From contig CAWBZV010000014.1 in the NCBI GenBank assembly GCA_963793305.1, forward strand, positions 174,932 to 238,931: a stretch of 64,000 nt of DNA, read 5' to 3'. Within the stretch, counting starts at the first letter, position 1, and the number at the start of each line of letters is the position of its first letter. The position numbers and the translations under genes were made by a program. Source of the stretch: an uncultured Gemmatimonadales bacterium (GTDB lineage Bacteria; Gemmatimonadota; Gemmatimonadetes; Gemmatimonadales; Gemmatimonadaceae). The notes below the pieces were generated by a model, which made no database searches, had not been told where the DNA came from, and saw only the letters and a list, made by a program, of their open reading frames with translations. Positions 43,728 to 52,091 of this stretch are shown one piece after another.

Positions 43728-45008
43728 GTGATTCGTCCCGCGTGCGGCGCGCTGATCATTCTTTTCGCCATGTGTGCGGCCCCAGTGGCCGCTCAACGCG
43801 GTGACACTACCGCCGCGGCGGCCGCCATCTACCGGCGCTACGCCGCCCAAGTGGTTCGTATCGAGGTCGTAGAACAGAGCTCCGCGGCCAAGTCTGGTGT
43901 GGGCTCCGGCTTCTTCGTGACGGCCGCCGGCCACATTGTCACGAATTATCACGTCATCGCCTCGCTGGTCACCGACCCGGATCGCTACCGGGCTCAGATC
44001 ACCAGTTCGGGCAAGCAACCGTCGCCGCTGCATCTCGTCGCGATCGATGTGGTGCACGACCTGGCTGTCCTGACTTCCTCCGTCCATCCGCCCGCGTTCA
44101 TCACGCCGGCGCCCGTGACCATCTCCAACGGCACGCGGCTCTACTCCCTCGGTCACCCGTTGGATCTGGGATTGAGTGTCGTGGAGGGCACATACAATGG
44201 ACTGGTCGATAGCACCTTATATCCCAAGATCCATTTCACGGGCGCCATCAACCCCGGCATGAGCGGCGGCCCAGTGCTCACGGCCTCCGGCGCGCTCGTG
44301 GGAATCAACGTCTCCACGGAAGACGACGAAGTCGGATTCCTCGTGCCCGCGGACCGCGCCAGCGCGCTCCTGACGACGGTACTCGCCCCGGACTATCGCG
44401 CGCCGACGGCGTTCCTCCCAGTGGTGTCGCGGCAACTGCGCGACTATCAGGACACGTACCTGCCGCAACTCTTCTCGGATTCCACGCCTTCGATCACGCT
44501 CGGACCATACGCCGTCCCCACCAGGCCGGGGTCGTTCTTCCGCTGCTGGGCCGACGCGACCGATGGTCGCACCACGAAGTTTCGCCGCACGGACCATTGG
44601 TGCTCCACGGAGGATGCCGTGTTCATCTCCGATGAGCAGTCATCGGGTCTCATCGCGATGCACCACGAGTTGTTGGCCAGCGCCACGCTGGGTCGCGTCC
44701 GGTTCACCAACCTCGTCGCCGCGCACCTCGGGGAACGAGGGAACGCGACGGGCGGGCTCGAGGACGATGTGACCTCCTATCGGTGCGAGACGCGCAACGT
44801 GCGGTCGAACGGCATCACGTTCCGCGCGACGCTCTGCATCCGCGCCTACCGAAAGCTCGATGGCTTCTACGATGCCCGCTTCGTCGCGGTCACGCTGGGT
44901 GGCGCGAGCACGGCGCTCATTTCGAGTCTCAATCTCACCGGCGTCACCTTCGACAACGTCGAACGGACGACGCGCGGGTTCTTGCGGCGCATTCGATGGG
45001 CCCGGTGA
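43728..45008 (+). CDS. Secreted trypsin-like (S1) serine protease with Cys-containing C-terminal domain
   Basis: GSGF, TNYHV, DLAVL, GMSGGP. Confidence 0.88.
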   Translation: MIRPACGALIILFAMCAAPVAAQRGDTTAAAAAIYRRYAAQVVRIEVVEQSSAAKSGVGSGFFVTAAGHIVTNYHVIASLVTDPDRYRAQITSSGKQPSPLHLVAIDVVHDLAVLTSSVHPPAFITPAPVTISNGTRLYSLGHPLDLGLSVVEGTYNGLVDSTLYPKIHFTGAINPGMSGGPVLTASGALVGINVSTEDDEVGFLVPADRASALLTTVLAPDYRAPTAFLPVVSRQLRDYQDTYLPQLFSDSTPSITLGPYAVPTRPGSFFRCWADATDGRTTKFRRTDHWCSTEDAVFISDEQSSGLIAMHHELLASATLGRVRFTNLVAAHLGERGNATGGLEDDVTSYRCETRNVRSNGITFRATLCIRAYRKLDGFYDARFVAVTLGGASTALISSLNLTGVTFDNVERTTRGFLRRIRWAR

Positions 45009-45964
45009 TCGTCGAAGTGCTCGACGCTCGCGGCGCCGTCCGCCATCGCGTCGATGTCATCGCCTTGCCGGCCACGATCGGCCGTGCCTATGACAGTGCG
45101 GTCGTGTTGGACGACCCGTACGTCGATCCGGTCCATGCGCGGATCGTCGCGTCGGACGGCTGGCTGGCTATCGAAGATGCGGGCAGCATGAACGGCATCC
45201 GCGCCAGTCGCGGCGAGGCGGTCGCCCGCGTCGATCTGGCCTCGGGCGACACCGTGCGTGTCGGTCGGACGGTCCTCCGATTCGTCGATCCATCGCGGCC
45301 ACTCGCACCCACGCTCGCGGATCGGCAACGCGCGACGACGGCGGGCGCCAGTTGGGCGACGCGACCGATGGTCGCCTGGAGCGTGTTGATCGCAACGATG
45401 GTCCTCATCGTCGTCGGTGAGCTCTTTGCGGCCGACAACCGGCCAGTCACCAGCACCGTCCTGAGCCTGCTCCTCGGTTGGATCCTGCTAGTCGGCGTGT
45501 GGGCAGGGATCTGGGCGGTCATCAATCGCATCGTCGTGCATCGGTTCCGGTTCCTGGCACACATGGCCATCGGGTCGCTCGCGGGCGACATTGCCATCGT
45601 GTTCGGCCAGACGGAGGCGTTCGTGCAGTTCCTCTTTCCCGCGAGCGTGTTGGCCACGATCTTGGGCACAGCTGGAGAAGTGACGGCGATCGGGGTCCCG
45701 ATTGCGTTGCATCTCGCCCTCGTGTCGACATTGTCGCGGGCCAAGCGCTGGGCCATCGGATTGGCTTTTGGTGCGGCCATCGCCACCATGACCATCGCCA
45801 GCCAGGTGATCGATCACCGCAAGTTTTCCGCGACACCCACGGTTGCAGCCAGACTCGAACCCCTGCCGGCGTCGTGGATTCCCGCGCAGGCGCCGGACAA
45901 TTTCTTCACCGAAGTCCGGCGACTTCGCACACGCGTCGACGCCATGGCCGCCGAGCGCCCTTAA
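44996..45964 (+). CDS. FHA-domain membrane protein
   Basis: IGRAYD, DPVHARI, DAGSMNG, then ~5 TM. Confidence 0.85.
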   Translation: MGPVIVEVLDARGAVRHRVDVIALPATIGRAYDSAVVLDDPYVDPVHARIVASDGWLAIEDAGSMNGIRASRGEAVARVDLASGDTVRVGRTVLRFVDPSRPLAPTLADRQRATTAGASWATRPMVAWSVLIATMVLIVVGELFAADNRPVTSTVLSLLLGWILLVGVWAGIWAVINRIVVHRFRFLAHMAIGSLAGDIAIVFGQTEAFVQFLFPASVLATILGTAGEVTAIGVPIALHLALVSTLSRAKRWAIGLAFGAAIATMTIASQVIDHRKFSATPTVAARLEPLPASWIPAQAPDNFFTEVRRLRTRVDAMAAERP

Positions 45965-45965
45965 G

Positions 45966-46320
45966 ATGCGCCGGTACCATCACATCGGCATTCCCACGAC
46001 CGAAGCGAAGCCTGGCGAGACGCACGTGAAGCACCTGAAACTCTTCATCGTCAGCCACGACAAAAGCGAATTTGGCGTGGAGTGGATGCGTTTCGAGCCG
46101 GACGCCGCGGTCCCTGATCTCGTCCGTCACGTCCCCCACGTCGCATTCGAAGTAACCGATCTCGCCTCCGAGCTCGCCGGCCGCGAGATCCTGATTCCTC
46201 CCAACAGTCCATTCCGCCGGGGTCCGCGTCGCGTTCATAGTCGAAAACGGTGCGCCGATCGAACTACTCGAATTCACCGACCCGAACCATCCTGCCCGTC
46301 GCCAGCACGAGTGGCCGTGA
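45966..46320 (+). CDS. VOC/glyoxalase-like small protein (frameshift near 46211)
   Basis: YHHIGIPT, PHVAFEV, VAFIVENGAPIELLEF. Confidence 0.7.
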
Positions 46321-47520
46321 TGCCGGCTGAGTTGCAAGAGTTCCTGCTCTCATGAAACGACGCTCCACCGTCCAGTACAGCAGTGTAGAGAGACACACCG
46401 CCGCCACTCCCGCTGCGCCCATCAACGACCAGTACTCGATTGGAGAGAGGGTCTTGATCGGCACCCATCGATTGACGAGATGAGTAACGGTGAAGAGCAC
46501 GATTCCGTGGGTGATGTAAAAACTGTAACTGGCGGTGCCGAGGAAGAAGACGGCCTTCGAAGACAGGAGCCCGAAGAAATCGTTGCCCGCGACGACAAAG
46601 ACGAACACGACTGCCAATAGCCAAAACTCGGCGGGAGAGTACGGGCCCACGTTGAACAGGACGGGCGCGGCGAGACAGAACAGCGGGATCGGTGTCAGGC
46701 GGCGTTGTTTCAATATCTGCCACCAACGCTTCGGCCATTGCGCATAGGAGACGGCGACCAGCATGCCGATCCCAAATCCGAACCCAAACACTGAATTCAC
46801 CGCAAAGGCAATGAACGGCAAGAGCCCACCACGAACCAGAGCGGGAGTAAACGCGACAATGCCATGTCGCGCCAGCACCCAACTGACAACGCCCGCCAGC
46901 GCCATATAGATGATGATTCGATAGCCCTTGAAGAGAAAAAAGATGAGTGGTAAGAGCAGATAAAAGATCACCTCGAACATCAAGGTCCAGACGACGCTGG
47001 CGTTGATCAGATTGGCCCGGGGAAGGCCATTGACTTCGCGCGTGGGAACAAAGATCAACCAGCGGCCAACCTCGCCCAGAACAGTCCCGGGGGATTCGGC
47101 GAGCGTGAAATCCTTGATCGCAAAGACGATGAGCATGACAATGGCGACCGACACATAATAGGCCGGTAACAACCGGCGCGCGCGTCCCGCCAGAAACTTG
47201 CCGTATCCTCCTACTCCGTCGTGGGCGAGACACTTGGACCAGAAGAGAAAACCGCTGAGGAAGAAGAACAGCACGACGGGTCCCGGACCGAGAAAAGCAT
47301 AAAACGGACTGGGCGGGATGGTCCAAATGCCGGTGTGAAAATCAAAGTAGGTCACGACCGCGTGAGAAAAGAAGACGCTCATCGCGAGCAGGCCGCGTAG
47401 CGACTCCAAGGGAACGTGCAGTTTGTCCCGATGCTGCGGAAGAAAATGCGCGAGGATCCCTGCCACGCCGATCAGGCAAGGAGCGAGCACAAAATAGGGC
47501 AGGGGACTGGTCACGGACAT
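46264..47520 (-). CDS. Acyltransferase 3 (OafA-like) membrane protein
   Basis: LESLRGL, FFFLSGF, RARRLLP, WTLMFE, SYSFYITH. Confidence 0.9.
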   Translation of the reverse strand: MSVTSPLPYFVLAPCLIGVAGILAHFLPQHRDKLHVPLESLRGLLAMSVFFSHAVVTYFDFHTGIWTIPPSPFYAFLGPGPVVLFFFLSGFLFWSKCLAHDGVGGYGKFLAGRARRLLPAYYVSVAIVMLIVFAIKDFTLAESPGTVLGEVGRWLIFVPTREVNGLPRANLINASVVWTLMFEVIFYLLLPLIFFLFKGYRIIIYMALAGVVSWVLARHGIVAFTPALVRGGLLPFIAFAVNSVFGFGFGIGMLVAVSYAQWPKRWWQILKQRRLTPIPLFCLAAPVLFNVGPYSPAEFWLLAVVFVFVVAGNDFFGLLSSKAVFFLGTASYSFYITHGIVLFTVTHLVNRWVPIKTLSPIEYWSLMGAAGVAAVCLSTLLYWTVERRFMRAGTLATQPASRPLVLATGRMVRVGEFE

Positions 47521-47621
47521 CCGAGGCGATTCGCGGGGCTCCACAGTGGAAATGCGACTCGCCCGACAAATATTCCCGGTTGGCAATATCTTTGACCGTC
47601 GCCTGAACAATGAGGAGCGCC

Positions 47622-48161
47622 ATGGGAAAGCTCGTCTTCGGCATGATGCTATCGCTCGATGGCTACATCGCAGACCCCACCGGGGCGCTCTTGCCGCCAC
47701 CCGGCGCCCAACTTGGTCGCTATTTCAGCGACCAAGTCCGTGGTCTCGCCGGCATTGTCTACGGCCGGCGCATGTACGAGGTGATGCGTTACTGGGATGA
47801 CGATCAGCCCGATTGGGACGCCGGCGATTTCGATTTCGCGGCAACGTGGCGCGCGAAGCCGAAATGGGTCGCATCGCGCACACTCAAGTCGGTCGGCCCC
47901 AACGCGACGCTGATCCGCGACGACGTCGTCGGGTTCGTGCGCAAACTGAAAGGCGATATCAATGGAGAAATCGACGTCGCCGGCCCCGAGCTCGCCGGGC
48001 TGCTGACTGCCAACGCCTTGATCGACGAGTATCGCCTCTACTTCCGCCCGTTCGTACTCGGCGGTGGCAAACCCTATTTCGCCGGGCCTCGGCCGCCACT
48101 CCACCTCGTTGGTACGGAATCCGTCGGTGAAGACGCGGTGCGGCTGACCTACATCATCTAA
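47622..48161 (+). CDS. RibD C-terminal/DHFR-like protein
   Basis: SLDGYI, YGRRMYE, IDEYRL, GGGKPYF. Confidence 0.9.
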   Translation: MGKLVFGMMLSLDGYIADPTGALLPPPGAQLGRYFSDQVRGLAGIVYGRRMYEVMRYWDDDQPDWDAGDFDFAATWRAKPKWVASRTLKSVGPNATLIRDDVVGFVRKLKGDINGEIDVAGPELAGLLTANALIDEYRLYFRPFVLGGGKPYFAGPRPPLHLVGTESVGEDAVRLTYII

Positions 48162-48411
48162 GCCGCTGGCGCATCCGCTCGGCCGCCTGCTTGATCGCAT
48201 CCGCCCGCGTCTCTCCGGCGGCGACGCGTTCTTTGATGAACTCAATGTAGTCGCCCGGACTCGGTTGATCGGATATGCGGACCCCCGCCAGACAGGGCCC
48301 ACACAACTCTTCCACGCTCTCGTCGCGCGTCGGCCCCACACCGGTCAGATTCACCGCCGTCTTGTGGATCCGCTCAGTTGCCTCACGCTGCCCGCATCGC
48401 TGGCAGATCAC
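48154..48411 (-). CDS. Small zinc-binding protein resembling the McsA N-terminus
   Basis: CQRCGQREAT...LCGPC; GTG start with a GAGG RBS. Confidence 0.55.
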   Translation of the reverse strand: MICQRCGQREATERIHKTAVNLTGVGPTRDESVEELCGPCLAGVRISDQPSPGDYIEFIKERVAAGETRADAIKQAAERMRQRLR

Positions 48412-48429
48412 ATCATCCTCCGGCGTCCT

Positions 48430-48813
48430 CTAGGTCCAATCGTCACTGCTGTTGGAGGTCGAGCCGAACACACTCTCCTCCATTATTTGGGTGAAACTGA
48501 TCCGGACTTGCTCCTGCTCGTACGTCGACGGCGCTGTCGCGTGCTTCGGACTTTGCGTCGCCGCGCGCTGAAGGTCGAGCCCGATGATGCGCGCGTTGCT
48601 CAATACCACGGAGTTGCCCGAGGGATCCGTGAGCTTCAGGGTCGGAAGGGACCGTTTCCCGAGCGCCGTGAACTTTGACCACAGCGCGTCGCGTTGCCGC
48701 GAAAGCGTCAACTGGTTGGGCCGAATCTTGTCTTGCTTCACGACACCGACCAAATGCCAATCGGGTCCAGCGCTTTCGAGTACCACGCGACCGCGAATGG
48801 TCAAGAGCGCCAC
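48430..48813 (-). CDS. Divergent Hcp/TssD-like tube protein (orphan)
   Basis: AGGAGGAGG RBS before GTG; LSNARI..., EQEQVRISFTQI..., C-terminal SSDDW. Confidence 0.55.
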   Translation of the reverse strand: MALLTIRGRVVLESAGPDWHLVGVVKQDKIRPNQLTLSRQRDALWSKFTALGKRSLPTLKLTDPSGNSVVLSNARIIGLDLQRAATQSPKHATAPSTYEQEQVRISFTQIMEESVFGSTSNSSDDWT

Positions 48814-49066
48814 ACGACCTCCTCCTGTTGGGGCAATCCTCGACTCGTTCCCGCAATACTCACCCCGAGTGGTGGCAGAGGCAATAAAGATGTCCCAAGA
48901 GAGCGGGTTTTCGGGCAGGGCGCGGATCGCCCAAGTGTCGTGCGCAGCACTACTTGGATGGGCGACCGAGGGCAGATTCGATTCGCAGCCATGCGGAGCT
49001 CGGCCAGCTGTCGGCCTGCGCAGTGCATCGACGCAAACCGACGTGGACGGCAATGTATTGTTCGAG

Positions 49067-49432
49067 ATGATTTTCCGCAAAGTGTATCGCGTCACCACGT
49101 TTGTACCGCCGGATCGAGTCGACGCGTTGCTCGACGGCATCGTGCGCGAAGTGCCGTTGGAATACGGGCGCTACGATCGCTCCGCGTGGTGGTCCGCGGT
49201 CGGTGTCGAGCAGTTTCGTCCGCTACCGGGCGCTCAACCGACCTTTGGCGAAATCGGACGCACCGAGCGCGTGCCGACGGTGCGCATCGAGTTCGTGATT
49301 CCCCGCGATCGCGACCTCCTCGACCGATGCCTCACGCGGGGATTGATCCCGAATCATCCCTGGCAAGAGCCGGCAATTTTCATCGACGAGTCTGAGGTCA
49401 CCGTTTCGCATCCGGCCGAACCCGAACGCTGA
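49067..49432 (+). CDS. NIF3-insert/YqfO-like (PII-like fold) protein
   Basis: YGRYD, GVEQFRPLPGAQP, HPWQEP. Confidence 0.72.
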   Translation: MIFRKVYRVTTFVPPDRVDALLDGIVREVPLEYGRYDRSAWWSAVGVEQFRPLPGAQPTFGEIGRTERVPTVRIEFVIPRDRDLLDRCLTRGLIPNHPWQEPAIFIDESEVTVSHPAEPER

Positions 49433-49816
49433 CGTCCCGCCACTGCCCGGAAGCGGCCCCAGGCCCGTTGTCGACGCGGCGCGTGCCGAGCCCGGCTCTG
49501 GGGCGGCCGATACTGCTAGTCGACGGCAACGTCTTGCGACCGGTTGTTGAGGTTCGCCTCCCGTTAGAAATGCCGGGACCCGCACGGGAGCACCGGCGGA
49601 GCGAAGCACCCCGCGGATTCGCACAAGGCCCAGGACGCCGACGACGGCCAGGCCGAGCCAACTAACGAGGTTCGAATGTTGGCCGATCCACGTGCGCAAA
49701 TGGTCCATCGCCCCCCATTCTGCTCTGGGTCGCATTCGTGAGTCCGATCCGTTGCGACAATATAGTTAACCCGACAACGTGGCCTAGGACCTGAACCGAA
49801 GGTACCGCCTGATAAC

Positions 49817-49866
49817 TTGACTCCGGGAACGGTATGCGCATAGATTCAATCGAACTATGCGCATAC
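49817..49866 (+). promoter_or_regulatory. TA promoter with two TATGCGCATA palindromic operators
   Basis: TTGACT 49817-22, TAGATT 49841-46; TATGCGCATA at 49833-42 and 49856-65. Confidence 0.65.
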
Positions 49867-49876
49867 GGGAGATCTC

Positions 49877-50135
49877 ATGAGCAAAGTGGCGAAGAATCTA
49901 TCGCTCGAGCCAGAATGCGGTGAAACGAGGAGAGCGGTATGGTCGGTTGCACGGGACGAATCTGTCCCGTCTCGTCTCGGACTTCTTGCGCGCGTTGCCT
50001 CTCGAGCCGCCTGACGAACAGGCGTTATCGCCAGTCGTCCGGCGTCTTCGCGGTGTCGCCGCGGGCGGAACGGTCGACGAGACGCACTATCATGAGCACC
50101 TCTATCGGAAGTATGGAGGCCGGTCTCGCAAGTGA
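49877..50135 (+). CDS. RHH-type antitoxin (DUF6364-like; frameshift near 49915)
   Basis: MSKVAKNLSLE..., NLSRLVSDFL, LSPVVRRLRG, YHEHLYRKY; overlaps the toxin start. Confidence 0.75.
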
Positions 50136-50581
50136 CGGTGTCTGCGCCGCGGCGGCCAACCCTGCTAGTGGATACCAACATCGTTCTCAACGTCGTCCTG
50201 GAGCGCGCGCTGTGGGTCGCCGACGCCACGGCACTATTCGACGTGGTGGCGCGCGGCCAAACACCAGCGTTCATTGCTGGTCACACGGTGACTACAGTGC
50301 ACTACATCGTCGAACGGGAACGTGATCGTCGCACCGCGACCACTGCGATCGGCGATCTCTTGACGCTCTTTCCTGTCGTCCCGCTCGACACTGCCGATTT
50401 TCAGCGTGCGCTTGCCTTACGCCTCCGTGACTATGAGGACGCCGTTCAGGCCGTAGCTTGTCTGCGCATAGGCGCCGATTTTCTTGTCACACGGAACCCG
50501 AAGGATTTTCGGGGTTCGCCAGTAACGCCACGCGCGCCGGGCGAGGTACTGGCACTGATATCGAGTACTGATGCCGGCTAA
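50132..50581 (+). CDS. PIN domain toxin
   Basis: LVDTNIV, DYEDAVQ, LVTRNPKDF. Confidence 0.9.
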   Translation: MTVSAPRRPTLLVDTNIVLNVVLERALWVADATALFDVVARGQTPAFIAGHTVTTVHYIVERERDRRTATTAIGDLLTLFPVVPLDTADFQRALALRLRDYEDAVQAVACLRIGADFLVTRNPKDFRGSPVTPRAPGEVLALISSTDAG

Positions 50582-50657
50582 TGTGCCCAAGAATGTCCCC
50601 GATGGCGGGTTGTCGGGCAGGGCGCGAATCGTCTAACTTTGTTCCGCAGTACGAGTT

Positions 50658-50697
50658 GGATGGGTGGCCGAGTGGTTGAAGGCACCGGTCTCGAAAA
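50658..50697 (+). tRNA. 5' half of tRNA-Ser(CGA), truncated at the anticodon loop (non-functional fragment)
   Basis: GGATGGG-TG-GCCGAGTGGTTGAAGGC-A-CCGGT-CTCGAAA; no variable arm, T-arm or 3' acceptor strand follows. Confidence 0.88.
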
Positions 50698-50750
50698 TCG
50701 ATTTGATCCTTTGCACTGAGCTGCACGCCTTTGCAAATCGTTGCCAATTC

Positions 50751-50784
50751 CGGCGCTGACCTGATCGACTGTCGGCGCCGTTTT
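50751..50784 (+). terminator. GC-rich hairpin plus T run, putative intrinsic terminator
   Basis: CGGCGCTGAC / GTCGGCGCCG stem followed by TTTT. Confidence 0.5.
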
Positions 50785-50956
50785 GCATCCTGTTGCGTTG
50801 TCTTGCGGGGAAATGTGCCCAAGAATGTGCCCATCGGGCCGCGGGGCGTGGGTGAAGCGCTGGCGTATATCCGCTCCCTGGCCTCTCCCACCGGTGGTAT
50901 TGCAACCGGTGTGATATACACCCTATATTGTAGTTTCATACACACGGGACTATGCT

Positions 50957-51182
50957 ATGGCGAAGACCGGACGGCCGCGGCGCGCGGCCAGTCGCCAGCG
51001 GAAGCAGATCGTGATCGATGTGGCGCTACTCAAGAGGGCCATGGCGGTCACTGGAGGGAATCAGTCGACGACCGTGAATGAGGCGCTGGCACGCATGACG
51101 GAGAACGCAGCCATCATCGAGGGGTTCGAGCAGAATGCGCGGTGCCTTCCCCGATCATCCAGACCACACGGCGACACGCTAG
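50957..51182 (+). CDS. VapB-like antitoxin (frameshift near 51133)
   Basis: RKQIVIDVALLKRAMAVTG..STTVNEAL; corrected end QMRGAFPDHPDHTATR*. Confidence 0.75.
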
Positions 51183-51192
51183 CCTGCGGTCG

Positions 51193-51639
51193 ATGCCACG
51201 ATATGTGCTGGACACTCAGCATTTCATTGACGTTTTGCGGGATCGTCCGGCCGCGGCACAGGTATTGGAGTTCTTGCGTACGTTCGTAGCTGCCGTCGAT
51301 TTTCACTCGATCGTCGGGGCCGAGCTCCTCTTTGGCGCTCATGGACGAAACGAGGCAGCGGCGATACGGCGGCGATTCATTGATCGATTCCAGCCCCATC
51401 GCGTAATCGTGCCCGACGCGTCTGACATCCTCGCGTCTGGCGACGTGATCCGCAGGATTGCGGAGAAGGTGGGACCCCACCCGGAACTCGCTCAACGCAA
51501 CTTCTGGAATGACGTGCTGATCGCGGTTTCGTGTCGCCGCCGCGGTGTCCATCTGTTGTCGATCGATCCCGATCATGCACGGATTGCGCCGTTTGTGGGG
51601 CATTCGTTCAGCGCCGACTTTCCAACCATCGAGCGTTAG
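51193..51639 (+). CDS. VapC-like PIN toxin
   Basis: YVLDT, AELLFGA, NDVLIAVS, SIDPDH. Confidence 0.85.
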   Translation: MPRYVLDTQHFIDVLRDRPAAAQVLEFLRTFVAAVDFHSIVGAELLFGAHGRNEAAAIRRRFIDRFQPHRVIVPDASDILASGDVIRRIAEKVGPHPELAQRNFWNDVLIAVSCRRRGVHLLSIDPDHARIAPFVGHSFSADFPTIER

Positions 51640-51684
51640 CGCCACGTTGCATCGCCGACACTGGGTCCGAGGGGAAAGCCGCGC

Positions 51685-51805
51685 TCATGCCTTGTCGACG
51701 GCGATGACAGCCTGGGCAAAGGCCTCTGGCGCGCTCGGCGGCAGGTTGTGCCCTATGCCGCCGGTGATGTCGCGATACTCGTATCTGCCGACGTACTTCT
51801 TGGCA
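51685..51805 (-). pseudogene. C-terminal remnant of an alpha/beta hydrolase
   Basis: Reads AKKYVGRYEYRDITGGIGHNLPPSAPEAFAQAVIAVDKA*; no matching upstream sequence. Confidence 0.6.
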
Positions 51806-52091
51806 CGAGAATGAGAAGGATTTCGAGCGCCTTAGGCGCGTCGTGCCGTTCGATTTCGTGCGGCCTTGACCTACCCCGCATCGGAGGTCTCTCCCCTCCG
51901 ACAACCAACCAATGTCCGACTCACGACCGCGAGCGAGGTCCTCGGCGTCGCCCTGACGAACCGCGCGGGGTCGGCGTCCTGGACAGAGAGCTCTCCGCGC
52001 ATGTTGCGCTGCGGTCTCCCGACGATTAAGGTAGCACTCCCTTTGAATTGCTCGACGAAAGTGATGCGGCGGGTGCAGGTCTGGAGGCGTG

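Larger units (their letters stand above)
50607..50832 (+). repeat. att-like repeat copy 1 (promoter + tRNA 5' half + hairpin + arm-like sites)
   Basis: Alignable with 56050-56274; 48 bp identical (50656-50703 = 56099-56146). Confidence 0.9.

Noticed and set aside
49223..49735. Minus-strand membrane protein ORF
   Set aside because: The N-terminal TM is plausible, but the rest overlaps another gene and has no recognisable features; not supportable.
50658..50760. Intact, intron-containing or split tRNA-Ser gene
   Set aside because: No T-arm (GTTCGA/A) or CCCATCC acceptor 3' strand was found downstream of either copy; arm-like repeats favour att junctions.
50487..50945. Similar short ORFs containing 'IDFRDRCLQPLGHPS' here and at 56095-56445
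   Set aside because: Translation of the antisense tRNA fragment repeat, not a protein family.
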